A stretch of DNA of 64,000 bases, taken from the NCBI GenBank assembly GCA_001724265.1, contig MEDY01000143.1, positions 1-64,000 of the forward strand, in the 5' to 3' direction. Position 1 is the stretch's first letter, and every line of letters begins with the position of its first letter. This document shows positions 46,184 through 57,300 of this stretch, piece after piece. This stretch comes from Rhizaria sp. SCN 62-66. Taxonomy: Eukaryota. The notes under the pieces were generated by a model that worked only from the letters and a program-made list of their open reading frames with translations, was not told the DNA's origin and ran no database searches. The translations under genes were made by a program, and so were the position numbers.

Positions 46184-46588
46184 CGGTTGCGGTCAACGAT
46201 GCAAGATTGGAGATAAGTGGAAAAGGTTGGTTATATAAATGTGCAAGGGAAAACCTGGAAGGAGACTTGTACAGGATTTGACGATGTCTGTGTGCCACAA
46301 ATGAAACTGAAGTCTGGGCGAGTTGTCTTGTTCGTTCCGTCGCTTGGGAGCGGTCGCGAATGTGTCGACACATTCGCAACTTGTTTTGCAGCTGCTACAT
46401 CAGAATGATCGTCTATCGTACCACCATACTCTGATCTGAACAAAATATCTACTTTTTATTTGAAAATAATATTTTGAAACGTGTTAGAAAACTCAGTTTA
46501 ATGCTCTATACGCTCATTTCCTCACTCACTGTAACGGCTCCCTCCGATGTTTCTTCACTCTTCCTCCGCCTCCCTTCCACAACAGACC

Positions 46589-46997
46589 ATGGACATTTCC
46601 CGCAGCGCCCCCTTGTCCACGCCCGCGTCCTCTGAGCCGCACGTGTTCTACCACGAGGGTGTCGCGATGCCGCGTGACGAGCTCTGCGACTTGCTCGATA
46701 AGATCACACAGAAGAACGACGAGGTCAGCGTCTCGCGTCAAAAGTGTCACAAAGGTGCGCATAACTCACTACCTGCACAGCTAGCTCATCACATGGCATG
46801 AAATATGTGTTTAATTAAACTTTTTTTTGTCTGCGCATCTTAAATATGATATCTAGTGCTCATGACAAACTTTCTGCTCTCTGCTGCTGTGTGTTGCTTT
46901 GAATGACACAGAGCTCGAGGGTCTTCGCGCGTCGACCAAAGCGCTGCGCAAGGCCACAGAAGACATGTTTCGCGCCCAGAAGAACAACCGTGTTTGA
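46589..46997 (+). CDS. Small (83-aa) predicted helical/coiled-coil protein; exons 46589-46754 and 46912-46997
   Basis: A GTGCGC...CACAG intron (46755-46911, AT-rich) joins MDISRSAPL...DELCDLLDKITQKNDEVSVSRQKCHK to ELEGLRASTKALRKATEDMFRAQKNNRV-TGA in frame. Both exons show coding-like GC3 bias. Confidence 0.65.
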
Positions 46998-47400
46998 GCC
47001 CCTCATAGCTATTGAGCCCTAACACTGCTTTGGCTGTGCTTGAGAATGATAAACGAACAGAACACACACACTGGAGGCCTCTCATTGAGACCACTTAACC
47101 ACGATATATAGCAAGCACAATGAAACTTCAATCATTCAATACACTAATTACATAGTTATAGAAACACTGACGCAAGTCAAGTGGCTTGTGTGAAGCATTC
47201 CGGATGATGTGGACAGCGGTGATCTGAGCACCATCTGGACCCCAGGAGTGGATTGGTTGCAATATCTTTGTTTATTTTGTATTTACGAGTATTATAGCAA
47301 GTTATCCAATATATGTCACTTCAGACAGGTTGAAGCTAGTCATCTTTGATCGCTGTGAATTCGTCTTCACACGCGAGTACAAAAAATTAGCCCAGTGGAC

Positions 47401-50022
47401 TTAGTCCTGAATTAGATCCCTCAGCACCTCGATCCCGTCCGGCCACATCTTCTTCACGGCCATCTCAAAGAGCGGGATGTCGCACAGCACCCGCAGCGGT
47501 TCCACCACGCTTACGCGCAGCCAGCGCCGCTGGAACGCCGTCAAAGCCTGCGGTTGACCGACTTCGCCGTCCTCTGTCTCGCCGGCTGCAGCGATGTACG
47601 GCTCCACCATGCTTTGGATACAGAGCATCATCGTCCCAAGCAGCCACTCGAACTGGTTCAGCGGCATGTTGTCCAACCCCCCGCGCCGCGTCGCGGCGGC
47701 GAGCAGCGGGAGCAGGCCCGCGCGCAGCAGCAGCGGCGTGCCCTCCCAGCCGGGAACCGCAAAGCACTTATCTGCCTTCGAGTACTCTATCAGGACGGAC
47801 GCAGCCTGCAAGATGGTCGCATAGTCGCCGGTCTGCAGCAGCGCCAGGACGGCGCCCAGGGGCGACTGCAACAGGTCCACCGCGGCGGCGAACTCGTCGC
47901 GCGGCACGGGCGGCTTGTTGGGCGCGCGCCGCGCGAAGCCATCCTGCCAGCGCTCGCCCGTTGCGGTGTCGTTGGCCGTGAGCGGGCCGCGCGTGGCGGG
48001 GCGCAGCGAAGCCAGACTCGCCAGAACCTTGATGTGCACGACCGCGCGGTTCGCAAAGCGGTGGCCCCTGGCCCACAAGGAAGGCGCCAGAAGGCGATGG
48101 AAGGCGAATGCGGCGCCGCTACGAACCGTTGCCAAGAGGGTGTCAAACGTGACAGCAGTGTTGCTAAAGCAAGTCATTAGCGAGTCCCAAGGGCTAAACG
48201 TGCTGATGTCAAAGTACTTAACTGGCGCCACTGGCAGCAGCGGCAGGAGACTCATCACGTTCGCGGTCAGCGCGCCGGCCGAGAGAAACGCCGCGAGAGG
48301 ACGGGCCGTGAGGTCGACAGGGGGAGGTTTCTTATTCTCCTCTAAAGTCCTTACGTACGCAATAAAGGCGTGGTTAAATGCGTACAGATTGGCCTCTTCA
48401 CGCTTTTGCACCTCAACAATTAGTGCCGCCACGCCCGGCGCCATCGAGGCCCGCACGGCAGCGTCAGCGGCGTTGCAGGCCTCGCGCCAGGCGTCCGCCA
48501 CGTGCTTCTTGTTCTCCCAAAGCGCATTGTTAAATTTGTCGTACAGGAGCGCGGACATAGCCTTGGGCTCCTCAAACGGGAGCTTTACCCCTGTGTCATT
48601 GTTGATTTGACTAAGCATGCGCATCAACTCGCCCGAGATCTCGAACACTTGCAGCAAGCGCCGCCTGTGGTGTGCGTTCTTGACATACAGATTGCGTTTT
48701 GCCCTCGCACTCGCATCGGCCGCAATGATAGCCTTCGAGGCTGCAGTTGCAGCAGCATCAACATTGTTCTCGTTCACAACAATGGACGCAGTTGTGTCAC
48801 CGAGCAGAACCTTGCACACCAACCCTGTGAGAGGGGCGACCACGAACGAGCGCGCAGTCAAACGGGACACGGCGTAGTGTTGCGAAATGCGCTTTTTGCG
48901 AGCGAACGACGTGATCACATACTCCTCGCCGCCGCGAATCTCCATGGCAACCGCGCTAGCCCTGACAAGCGCAACAAGCATATCGGTGTACGCGCTCTCT
49001 GTGCCACAGGGCAGCGTGTGCAGCGCGCGCGAGACCAGTCGCAGCAGCCTGATCTCAACGCAGTCGTCGAACGAGCTCGGAAACAAGTCAACTGCGGCGT
49101 CTGAGTTGTCTAAATCGCTCGGGTGCAAATACTCGCGGGGCTCATACTCGTCGTCTTCATCATCCGCGGATTGACACTCGTTGTCTGGATGCTCACGGGG
49201 AGTATATTCGGAGCCGAGAGACTTGTCGAAATAGTATCGCGGCTTCTTGCGGCCCGGAGGTAGCACTGCCACCGGGCTACCCACAGCAAACAACGCATAC
49301 AGCGCGCTCTTGTCCATTTCACAGTAGCGCTCCAGGCAGTTGGCCAGCGCCTCCACCATCATCGGGCTCGTCAGCGGCGCCGCCACCAACGCCTGATATA
49401 CCGGCACTGCGAACGACTGCGCGAGGCGGGCGCTGTGGCGGTGCGAAACGCTTGCCAGCCCACGCAGCGCCACAGCTGCCAGCGTTGCAGTCGGCTGGTC
49501 CGGCAAGGAGAGTAGCGGCATGAGCGCGTTGTGTGTGGCGGTGACCGCGGCGGGCGTGTCGTAGAAGTGCTCGAACCGGCGGCGCAGACAATGCAGGACA
49601 CGTTTGCAGAGGCAGTCGTAGGAGAGCTAGCTTGCGCTTGCGCGGATTGCGGCCGCGCTGGTGTTGTTTTCTGCCACGTCTTCGGCCTCATCCTCTGCGG
49701 ATATATAGTCGTTGACGACGAACTGGACGTAGAGATGCAAGAGGTTGCCCACCACGTCGGCCGCAGCAGCGAGCCGCACGAGGGTGCTGTGCAGCGCGCT
49801 GGGATCGCTCGCAGCCGCCAGCTCGTCCGCGTGGGGCACTTCCGGAAGGTTGAAGTCAAGCATTTCAAGTAGCTCAGCGGCAGAGATCGGGAAACCCGAG
49901 TATGGGTCAGATTGATGCGTTTTGATGAGCTGTGTACCGCGGGCGAGTTGAGTGGCGGCCGCACGAGCAGAGGATGACAATACGCCACCAATGGCCTCAC
50001 GGACAGCGAAAGTGACCTCCAT
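47401..50022 (-). CDS. Hypothetical 873-aa, largely alpha-helical protein; one reading frame with an in-frame TAG at 49629-49627
   Basis: Listed ORFs 49627-50022 and 47401-49521 are in the same frame, joined by 35 open codons (ASAS*LSYDCLCKRVLHCLRRRFEHFYDTPAAVTATHNALMPLL). AT-rich DNA lies upstream of ATG 50022. Ends in TAA. Confidence 0.75.
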
Positions 50023-50430
50023 TAGTCCACGGACACCGATCTGTTAGAACATATGACTGTTTAATCTGTTGTGCTCTTTTCTATCGCTATTCCAAGTGAA
50101 TGTGTTAGAGAGTGAGGAGGGAGAGGTGTAAAAATACGAACGATACGGAAGTAATCACGAAATATAGTGCAATATAAATACAGTTGAGGCTGTCTGCAAT
50201 CGATGAATTAATAAAACTGTCAGAAAATACATTTTTACATCGCAGTAACTTAGCGGAAAGTCGGTGTTTTAACGGCGATTTGCCGCGTTTGGCTCACCAC
50301 AAACGCTTTTTGTGGTCGTCGAATGGTCGGTCGGTCTGGCTGGCGGATGTGGGGGGACTGGAGGAAGTTGACCCAATGCGGAGCATACTGTTCGCCGTAG
50401 ATTCCGTCACCAGTAATAAGCTTGGTGCGG

Positions 50431-53331
50431 ATGGATCCATTTTCGAGTGTTTCTATTGAGGATCAACTCGAATTACTCGGCATTTCTTCCCCACTGCGTT
50501 CTACTCCTCGCTACTACGACGGTGAGGACGACGACGGCGATGACGACCGCGTTTACCAAGACAGCTCGTTCTCCTCCGGACTGCCCGTTCGCTCCCACTC
50601 CAGCGACAACGACAACGATGACAATGACTCTGACCCGTTATCGAACTCCGCGTTCCTGGCCTCTGCAGAACTGAGCCACCGCGCCCGGCTCGCGCAGGAC
50701 CAGGCTGCGGACGACGACATGTTTGCGCACCTCCATCACAACAACAATCACAGCTCGCCACGCTTTCCGTCTTCCGCGCTCGCCGCATCCCCGCCTTTTG
50801 TCTCTACGCCCACCGCGTTCCCGTCTCCGCAACACTCCAGCAGCAGCGCCGGCGCAGCGGTGGCTGGCGCAGTGTCCGCGGCCGCGGCGGCGTCGGTCGC
50901 GACGGACGCGGCGGCGCTCGCAGTGTGGAGCCGCGACTGGGCCACCGTCTGCCCCGCGCTTGCGCTTGCGCCCGCTATCTACAGCAAACCCTACAGCAAG
51001 AGCCGCGGCGCAGAGACGGACTCCTGTAGCAACAATAGCGACAACGTCATGGCAGCAGCTGTTGGCGACGGGAGTCTCGATGACAGCAGCGTTGCGGGTA
51101 TCGCGATCGCTGCCGCAGCCGCGGCCGCGCCCCCTGCACTTACGCCCCCGATCTCCGCGCAACACGTCCTGGCTTACCTCACCACACTCAGCTCGAGCGG
51201 CAGCTCTAGTTCCAGCGCTACGAAGGCTGGTAACGGGAGTGCGAGCGTTGCCAAGAGCGGCGCCCTCGCTGGCTACCGCGCGCTGCTCTCCCCCGCCGCT
51301 CTCGCCGCCGCGTTTGTGTACCTGGTGACCGTGGCGCGCGCCGTTGACGAGGGGCTGCTCGCGGTCGCCGCCCTTGCGCTGGTGGTCAACTTCGCGGTGC
51401 CTGCGGCGCTGTCCGTGGCGATGGGCGAGGACGCCGGGCTGATGCAGAGCGCGGTCACGACCGTGGTCGGCAACATCACCAACAACATCAACAGTAACGG
51501 CAACCGCGCGCACGGCAAGACAAAGAGCAAGAGTAAGAGTGTCCGCGGTTCTGGGCCGAGTCACAACGACGAGAGTGAGAGTGAAAGCGATACCGCGCTC
51601 ATGATTAACTCTGACGGCCACCAATCTTCGGGCAACGTCGGCAACGCAGCTTCTGCGATTACGGCAGGCGGCCTGACTTCGAGTTGGCTGACTGTGAGCG
51701 CAGTGACCCGCGAGGCGTCGGCACTGGCGACGGGCGTCTATCGGCAGCTGTCCGCCTTCGCAGCCTCGGCGGCCGCTGTCGCAGACGCTGAGTCCGCCGC
51801 CGACTCGGCCGCCGCCCCTCATAATCCTCTCGCGAATGAAGTGTCAAACTCTCTCAGCGCAGCTGCAGCTGCAACTGCTGTTTCTGCCGCCGCCACAGCG
51901 ACAACGACTAACAACAGCAACAGCAGCTCCAGTGTCAGTGCCAGTGCCAGTAGCGCGAGCAGCGCGACTGCGGCCGCGACTGCGCTCGCCAGCGGCGTCG
52001 GCGCCGGCAGCAACGCGGTGCTCCCGACCTTTGAGTGGGCCAAGACGCTGCCCGCGGCCCCCGCCACTGCAGCCGCCGCCCGCGCCGCCGCCGCCGCCGC
52101 CGCCGCTGCGGCCGCGGGCGCGGCGGCGACGGCCGCAGCAGGCGGTCCCTCGGTCGCCGCCGCCGGGCTGCTTCTGCCCCTGGCTGCGGACGTGGTGTTA
52201 GGCCGCATGCCGCTCACGGTCGCTGACGCGGGTGACCGTGAGCAGCAGCAACAAGAGAGTAAGAGGAGTGGCTGTGAGCACGTTAGCGAGCACGACCGCT
52301 ATCTACAACAGCAGCAACAACAGCAGCAAAAGCAACTGCGGAGTAGTGCCGTCAAGGGCAACGCGTTCATTGTTGTTCTAAAGAGCAACTTGACCTCAAT
52401 CGGACACATGTACCGCTGGTTTGTGTTTTTCTGCGTCGTGTGCCGCAGCACCCCGCTGATTCCGCCCTCGTACCGCTTCCTGCCGACTCTCGCGTCGCTC
52501 AACCCGGACAACAACTACAGCACGCACGCGAGCGCCGAGGCCGACGCGAACGCTGGCGCTGGCCGTAAGCTGTCGCGGCCGGTTTGGACCGCCTTATCTG
52601 TCGTTTTCCCGCTGTTTTGTCTGTACATCACAGCTCTGATGCGAATCTTTGCTCCTTTTTTCATGATCCTCGTGAATTGGCCCAGCTACGCGTTCTTACC
52701 GTCGCTCACAAACAGTATCGGCGATCCGGGCAGTAGTGCTAGCGCAAGCTCCACCACTCCTGCGTTGATGCCACTCTTTTCAGTGGCAGACTACTTGCCC
52801 AAGGCGGTGACGGAGGCGCTCACATCCCTCGTCCCGCCCCTCCACCTGCGCCCGCTCACTCTCTACTACACCCTCAAGACGCTCGCGCTGCTCGCGCTCA
52901 CAGTCCCCTCGGCCGTGGTTGTGTGCAGGTACTTCTCGCGCAAGTATGACGTCAACGACGCCGACGGCGCCGCGCCGGCGTTAGGCTCGCTCGGCTCCAC
53001 TCTCACCGCGCTCACCCTGAGCAAACCCACGGCTACCACCGCGAACAACAACAACAACGGCGGCAGCGGCAGCGGCGACGGCGTGACTGTGAACGCTGCG
53101 GTCGTCTCCCCTGTGCGTCTGCCCCCGCGTCCGGCGCCGCCGTCGCGGCTGATGCTCTGCTTCGTCGGCTTCATCAACGTCCTCGTGCTCACGCTCGCTG
53201 ACCTGGCGGCGCTGCGCTCGATTGCCGTCGTCGTCATGGCCGGGCTCGTCGCCGTGGCCGCGCACGACGACGTCAAGCGGCGCGGCAAGCGCGGCGGCGG
53301 CGGCGTGGGAGCGCAGAGGCACTACTACTGA
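50431..53331 (+). CDS. Hypothetical multi-pass membrane protein (~966 aa) with low-complexity loops
   Basis: Long ORF from ATG 50431 to TGA, with hydrophobic stretches such as LAAAFVYLVTVA, LLAVAALALVVNFAVPAAL, VWTALSVVFPLFCLYITALM, LALLALTVPSAVVVC and LMLCFVGFINVLVLTL. No family recognised. Confidence 0.7.
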   Translation: MDPFSSVSIEDQLELLGISSPLRSTPRYYDGEDDDGDDDRVYQDSSFSSGLPVRSHSSDNDNDDNDSDPLSNSAFLASAELSHRARLAQDQAADDDMFAHLHHNNNHSSPRFPSSALAASPPFVSTPTAFPSPQHSSSSAGAAVAGAVSAAAAASVATDAAALAVWSRDWATVCPALALAPAIYSKPYSKSRGAETDSCSNNSDNVMAAAVGDGSLDDSSVAGIAIAAAAAAAPPALTPPISAQHVLAYLTTLSSSGSSSSSATKAGNGSASVAKSGALAGYRALLSPAALAAAFVYLVTVARAVDEGLLAVAALALVVNFAVPAALSVAMGEDAGLMQSAVTTVVGNITNNINSNGNRAHGKTKSKSKSVRGSGPSHNDESESESDTALMINSDGHQSSGNVGNAASAITAGGLTSSWLTVSAVTREASALATGVYRQLSAFAASAAAVADAESAADSAAAPHNPLANEVSNSLSAAAAATAVSAAATATTTNNSNSSSSVSASASSASSATAAATALASGVGAGSNAVLPTFEWAKTLPAAPATAAAARAAAAAAAAAAAGAAATAAAGGPSVAAAGLLLPLAADVVLGRMPLTVADAGDREQQQQESKRSGCEHVSEHDRYLQQQQQQQQKQLRSSAVKGNAFIVVLKSNLTSIGHMYRWFVFFCVVCRSTPLIPPSYRFLPTLASLNPDNNYSTHASAEADANAGAGRKLSRPVWTALSVVFPLFCLYITALMRIFAPFFMILVNWPSYAFLPSLTNSIGDPGSSASASSTTPALMPLFSVADYLPKAVTEALTSLVPPLHLRPLTLYYTLKTLALLALTVPSAVVVCRYFSRKYDVNDADGAAPALGSLGSTLTALTLSKPTATTANNNNNGGSGSGDGVTVNAAVVSPVRLPPRPAPPSRLMLCFVGFINVLVLTLADLAALRSIAVVVMAGLVAVAAHDDVKRRGKRGGGGVGAQRHYY

Positions 53332-54358
53332 ACGAGTGAGTGGCCTTGTCGATATATGATAGTAGGAACCTTTGTCTGTGCAGTGTGCTTTTAAAACTCA
53401 AGTTGGTTACTTAACAACATGATTTATACCTAGTTTTGATATTTAAGCAATACATGATCTATATCTGATTTCATTGCACCTTTGCCTATCTGCTATGATC
53501 TAATGATGTATGTTGCGGAGCTCCAGAAAGCATGTTGTTGAAATATAGTTGGAGAAATGTGTATTGCTGTAGGTTTTACTCCTCCTGAAACACGGAAAGT
53601 ATAAACTGAACTGAACTGATGATGCACATATGATTGGGAATAGCTACTATTCGGATTATGAAAGGTGATATGATTGTGATTATAAAATTAAACCGGTACT
53701 GAAGAGCTCGGTTGTTGATGATTGTTGGAATGGTTACAATATGATTCTACTTCTGGTCATGTTGTGAGCATGTCTAGTGCTGATGACAGCATGACATGGT
53801 CATTTGGTGCACAGGAATCCTTCAAGGAGGCCGTGAGAAATGGGTCGCTGACGAGCATCATAAGAGTAATAGTTAAAGATCAGTTACTCGTACGTAAATG
53901 CTTAACGTAAATACTATGAATAACACAAATATGAAGACCCATATTAGAACACTACTGATAATACTTGCATGAAATGACAGAGAACACGACAACTGTACTG
54001 CAACGATGCGAGTAGCAGTCGTGTAACACTGTGTCAAGTAAAAATGCAAGAATGCACAACAAATAATAACAAGGAACAATCAAGAAACATAACGACTTCA
54101 TGAAGACAAAGACAAAACATAAATATATCCAGACACAGACACAGATGTAAACACCGACAACATAACAATAAAATGTAGCTCTGAGTTAAACGAAACGAAT
54201 TCCTCTCACCAAAATGGTCGTCAAACAAAATACGAAATAAAAGTTCTCCACACAACTCAACGTTTCTCGAACACAGAAACAAAGAACAAGTTCACAATTT
54301 AACTGGTTACTCGAGCAAAGCGTCACATCGGCCCGTACGTATCCATAATACATCCAGC

Positions 54359-57300
54359 TTACCAGCGCCCAGTCTCCTTGAGGTACTCGATGACCTGCGC
54401 GAGTACCGGTGGGCAAGCCACAAGTACGGCGCCCGAGTCGTCCATGCCCTGCGCCACCGCGCTCGCCGTGCGGTCGCCGATCTTGCTGCGGCGGCGCGCG
54501 CGCAGCAGCACGCTGGCGTAGAGCTGGCTGTACGCCGCCGGCTGCGGTCGGTCCAGAATCTCAAACCCCAAGCCCAACGACAGCAGCCGCGCCGCGGTCA
54601 CGAGTGGGCACCGCAGCAGCCGCGGCCGCTGATCATTGCCTCCGCCACTTCCGCTTGCGCCGTCGCCGCCGCCGTCGCCGCCAGGGGTGGAGCCGGCGTT
54701 GGCGCCGTCGGCGTCGGGGCTCCAGAGCACAGTCTCGCCGAACGCGCCTAGCAGCGCGACCTCCTTGCTCAGGTGGCGGTCGCTGTTGCGCATCTCGTAC
54801 CCGGGCCGCGGCCGGTACCCGCTGCTGGCGCTGGCGCCGCCACCCAGCGGGCAGCCCAGCGTCGCCGCGGCGGCCGTGGCGGCACCGTGCAGACGGGTTT
54901 GCGCCAGCACCACGAGCTGCTCTGCGACGGAGGACAATACGGCTGAGGAGTCGTAGGGTGTGAACAGGCCGCTGTGAGGGCCGGGGCCGAACACGGTCAC
55001 GCCATGCGCGTTGGTCTTGGCGTTAGGACCGTTGCTGTTGCTGGTGTTATAGGTCGGGAAAGGGGACGGGGTGGGGATGTTGCGTGTCATCGGCAACGCT
55101 GACCAGAGCAGGCTGGCCGCCATCGCCGCGCCGTAAGTCAAGCCGCCCGGCGCGGAAGTCAGGCCGCCCCGCGCGGCGCAGTGCAGCGCCTGGTAGTAGT
55201 GGAGCGAGCTGACTGTGGCCGCGGGCGCGGCAGAGCAGGCGACGGTGGTTGCGCTCGAGACCGAGACAGTGCCGGGTGCGCCGACGACGGTGTTGCCGTG
55301 ACTCGACGCAGCGCCCGCGCCGCTCGCGGCGTTGTTGGTGACGACGACGCTGTTGCTGCCGCTGCCGTTGCCGTTGCCACTGCTATTGCCGGCAGCAGAG
55401 CTGCTGGGGACTAAGGTGGGCGCGGTGACCACGGCGGCGTCGGCGGTCGGCACGGCCAGGTGCAGCGAGAGAAGCGAGTAATACACAAACGGGCTGCCGC
55501 AAAAGAGGTCTGACATGCCCTGCGCCAGCTCTTCCCGCATCGACAGCGACGCGATGCCGCCGCTGCCGCCACTCGCGTCTTCGCCACCATCACCGTCGCC
55601 GTAGCCGCTATGAGTATGCGCGACGGGGCTATTGGTCGCGGTAGAGCCGGGGACGGGGCCCGCGAGCGCGGCGTAGAGCGCGGCGACGACTGCGCGCTCG
55701 ACGGGCGCCGACAGCGGGTGCGGGCGCAGCACGGGGAGCGCGCCGGTCCAGCCGATGCGCTGCGCCACGCGCACCGGCGTCGCGATGAACGCACGCGCTA
55801 GCAACACGGGCGGGCAGCGCGAGCGCGGGAACAGCGGTGCAAGGCGCATCGGCGGCAGCGAGAGCTCGATCGCGCTGTTAGCGGCAGTACCGCTCGCGGA
55901 TGCGGTCGGGGTCGGGAAGTTGCCGTTGTTGCCGTTGTTGCCGTTGCTGTTATTCGCAGTAGCGAGCGATGCCGTGGACGAGAGGAGAGCGAGGGTGCGG
56001 GCTGCGGTGCTGGGCGTGGGAGGGCAGTTGAGACGCAGGGCGGTTCCGAAAAAGTCGTTACTAGAGTTCGCGCTACTGCTACCGCCAGTGGCAGCAATGT
56101 CAGCTGCAGTGAAGGAGCTCTGGCTGCTACGGCTATTCGCGGCGGTGCTTGAATGAACGCTCTTGCTCGGCGTCTGCAGCACCTGCAACAGAGACAGAGC
56201 ATGCGAGGGGGGCTGCGATGCGTAATGTAAGTACTGCTGCTGCAAGTGTAAGGGGAGGACAAGTGAGGCCGCGCTCGGCGGACACGCGCCGCCAACACCG
56301 ACGCTTACGTTCGTATTTACAGCGGCGGCACCAGAGGTACTTACACCGCCGGACTGCTGTAAGGGGCTGGCGCCGGCGCTGAGGTACGCGCGCGCCAAGT
56401 CCAGGTCGATGCCGACTGGATCCCCGCCGTCGATGCCCCGCATCACCCCCCGCACGCCGCCGCTGCCACCTGCGACGGCATAGTTGGCGCCAGCGGCGAC
56501 GTCGGCGCTCGCGTCGGCGTGCGGCGGTGTCGCCGTGATCGTGGTGATCGCCCGCAGCGCGGCGGCGTCGTCGCCGCCCGCGGCGTAGGCGGCCGCCAGC
56601 GCGTCAGCCTCTTGGACCAGCCGCCACCCCGCGGCCAGCGAGACCGAATTGAGCCCGCCCGGCGCAGTCTGTTGCCCCGAGGCGGCGGTGAGGCCGCTGA
56701 ACGAGTCACCCGGCTTGGCCAGCAGCGCGGCGGCCATGGCCTGGTACGGATCGCTGGTGAGGGCGAGCGGGCCAAACACGCTCGCGTACCCGTCGTTACA
56801 TAGGCCGGCCGCGGCCGTGGCCAGCGTACGGCGCGTCAGGCTGAGGTAGAACGCCGTGGGGCGCGGCGGCTGCGGCAACGATGGCAAGGGCGCGGCGGCA
56901 GCGGCGGCGGCGGACGCGGCGGCGGCGGTCGCGGCGGCGGCGGCGACGAAGGCGGCCGAGGCGGCGGTCGTCGCGGCGGCGACCAGCGTTGCAAACTCAC
57001 GCAATTCGAGCTGCTTCTGCATTCCCCCATCCCCTCCGTGCTGCTGCTGCTCTTGCTCTTGCTCTTGCTCGGCCTGCAGCTGCTTGTAGGTACGCGCGAG
57101 CGACTGCGCGTGCGCGTGCGCCCTGGCCGCGCGGCGCCGTGCCCTACCCGCCGCCGTCGTCGCCGCCGCGGCCGCCGCGCGCAGCCTGGCCTTGCCGGCC
57201 GCCGCGGCGCGCTTGAGGGCGGCGTGGCGGGCGCAGGCGCGCGCGTAGGCGGCCGCCAGTGCACCCGCATCAGTGCCGTTGGAGCTGTTGGGGCTGGGGC

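Noticed and set aside
5491-49629. Pyrrolysine decoding of UAG
   Set aside because: The context is eukaryotic, no pyl genes are present in the window, and the TAGs are at non-catalytic, non-conserved positions.
54355-54365. GTAAGC donor-like sequence overlapping the TAA stop of the last gene
   Set aside because: It does not match the local GTACG consensus, and no convincing downstream exon was found in the AT-rich region.
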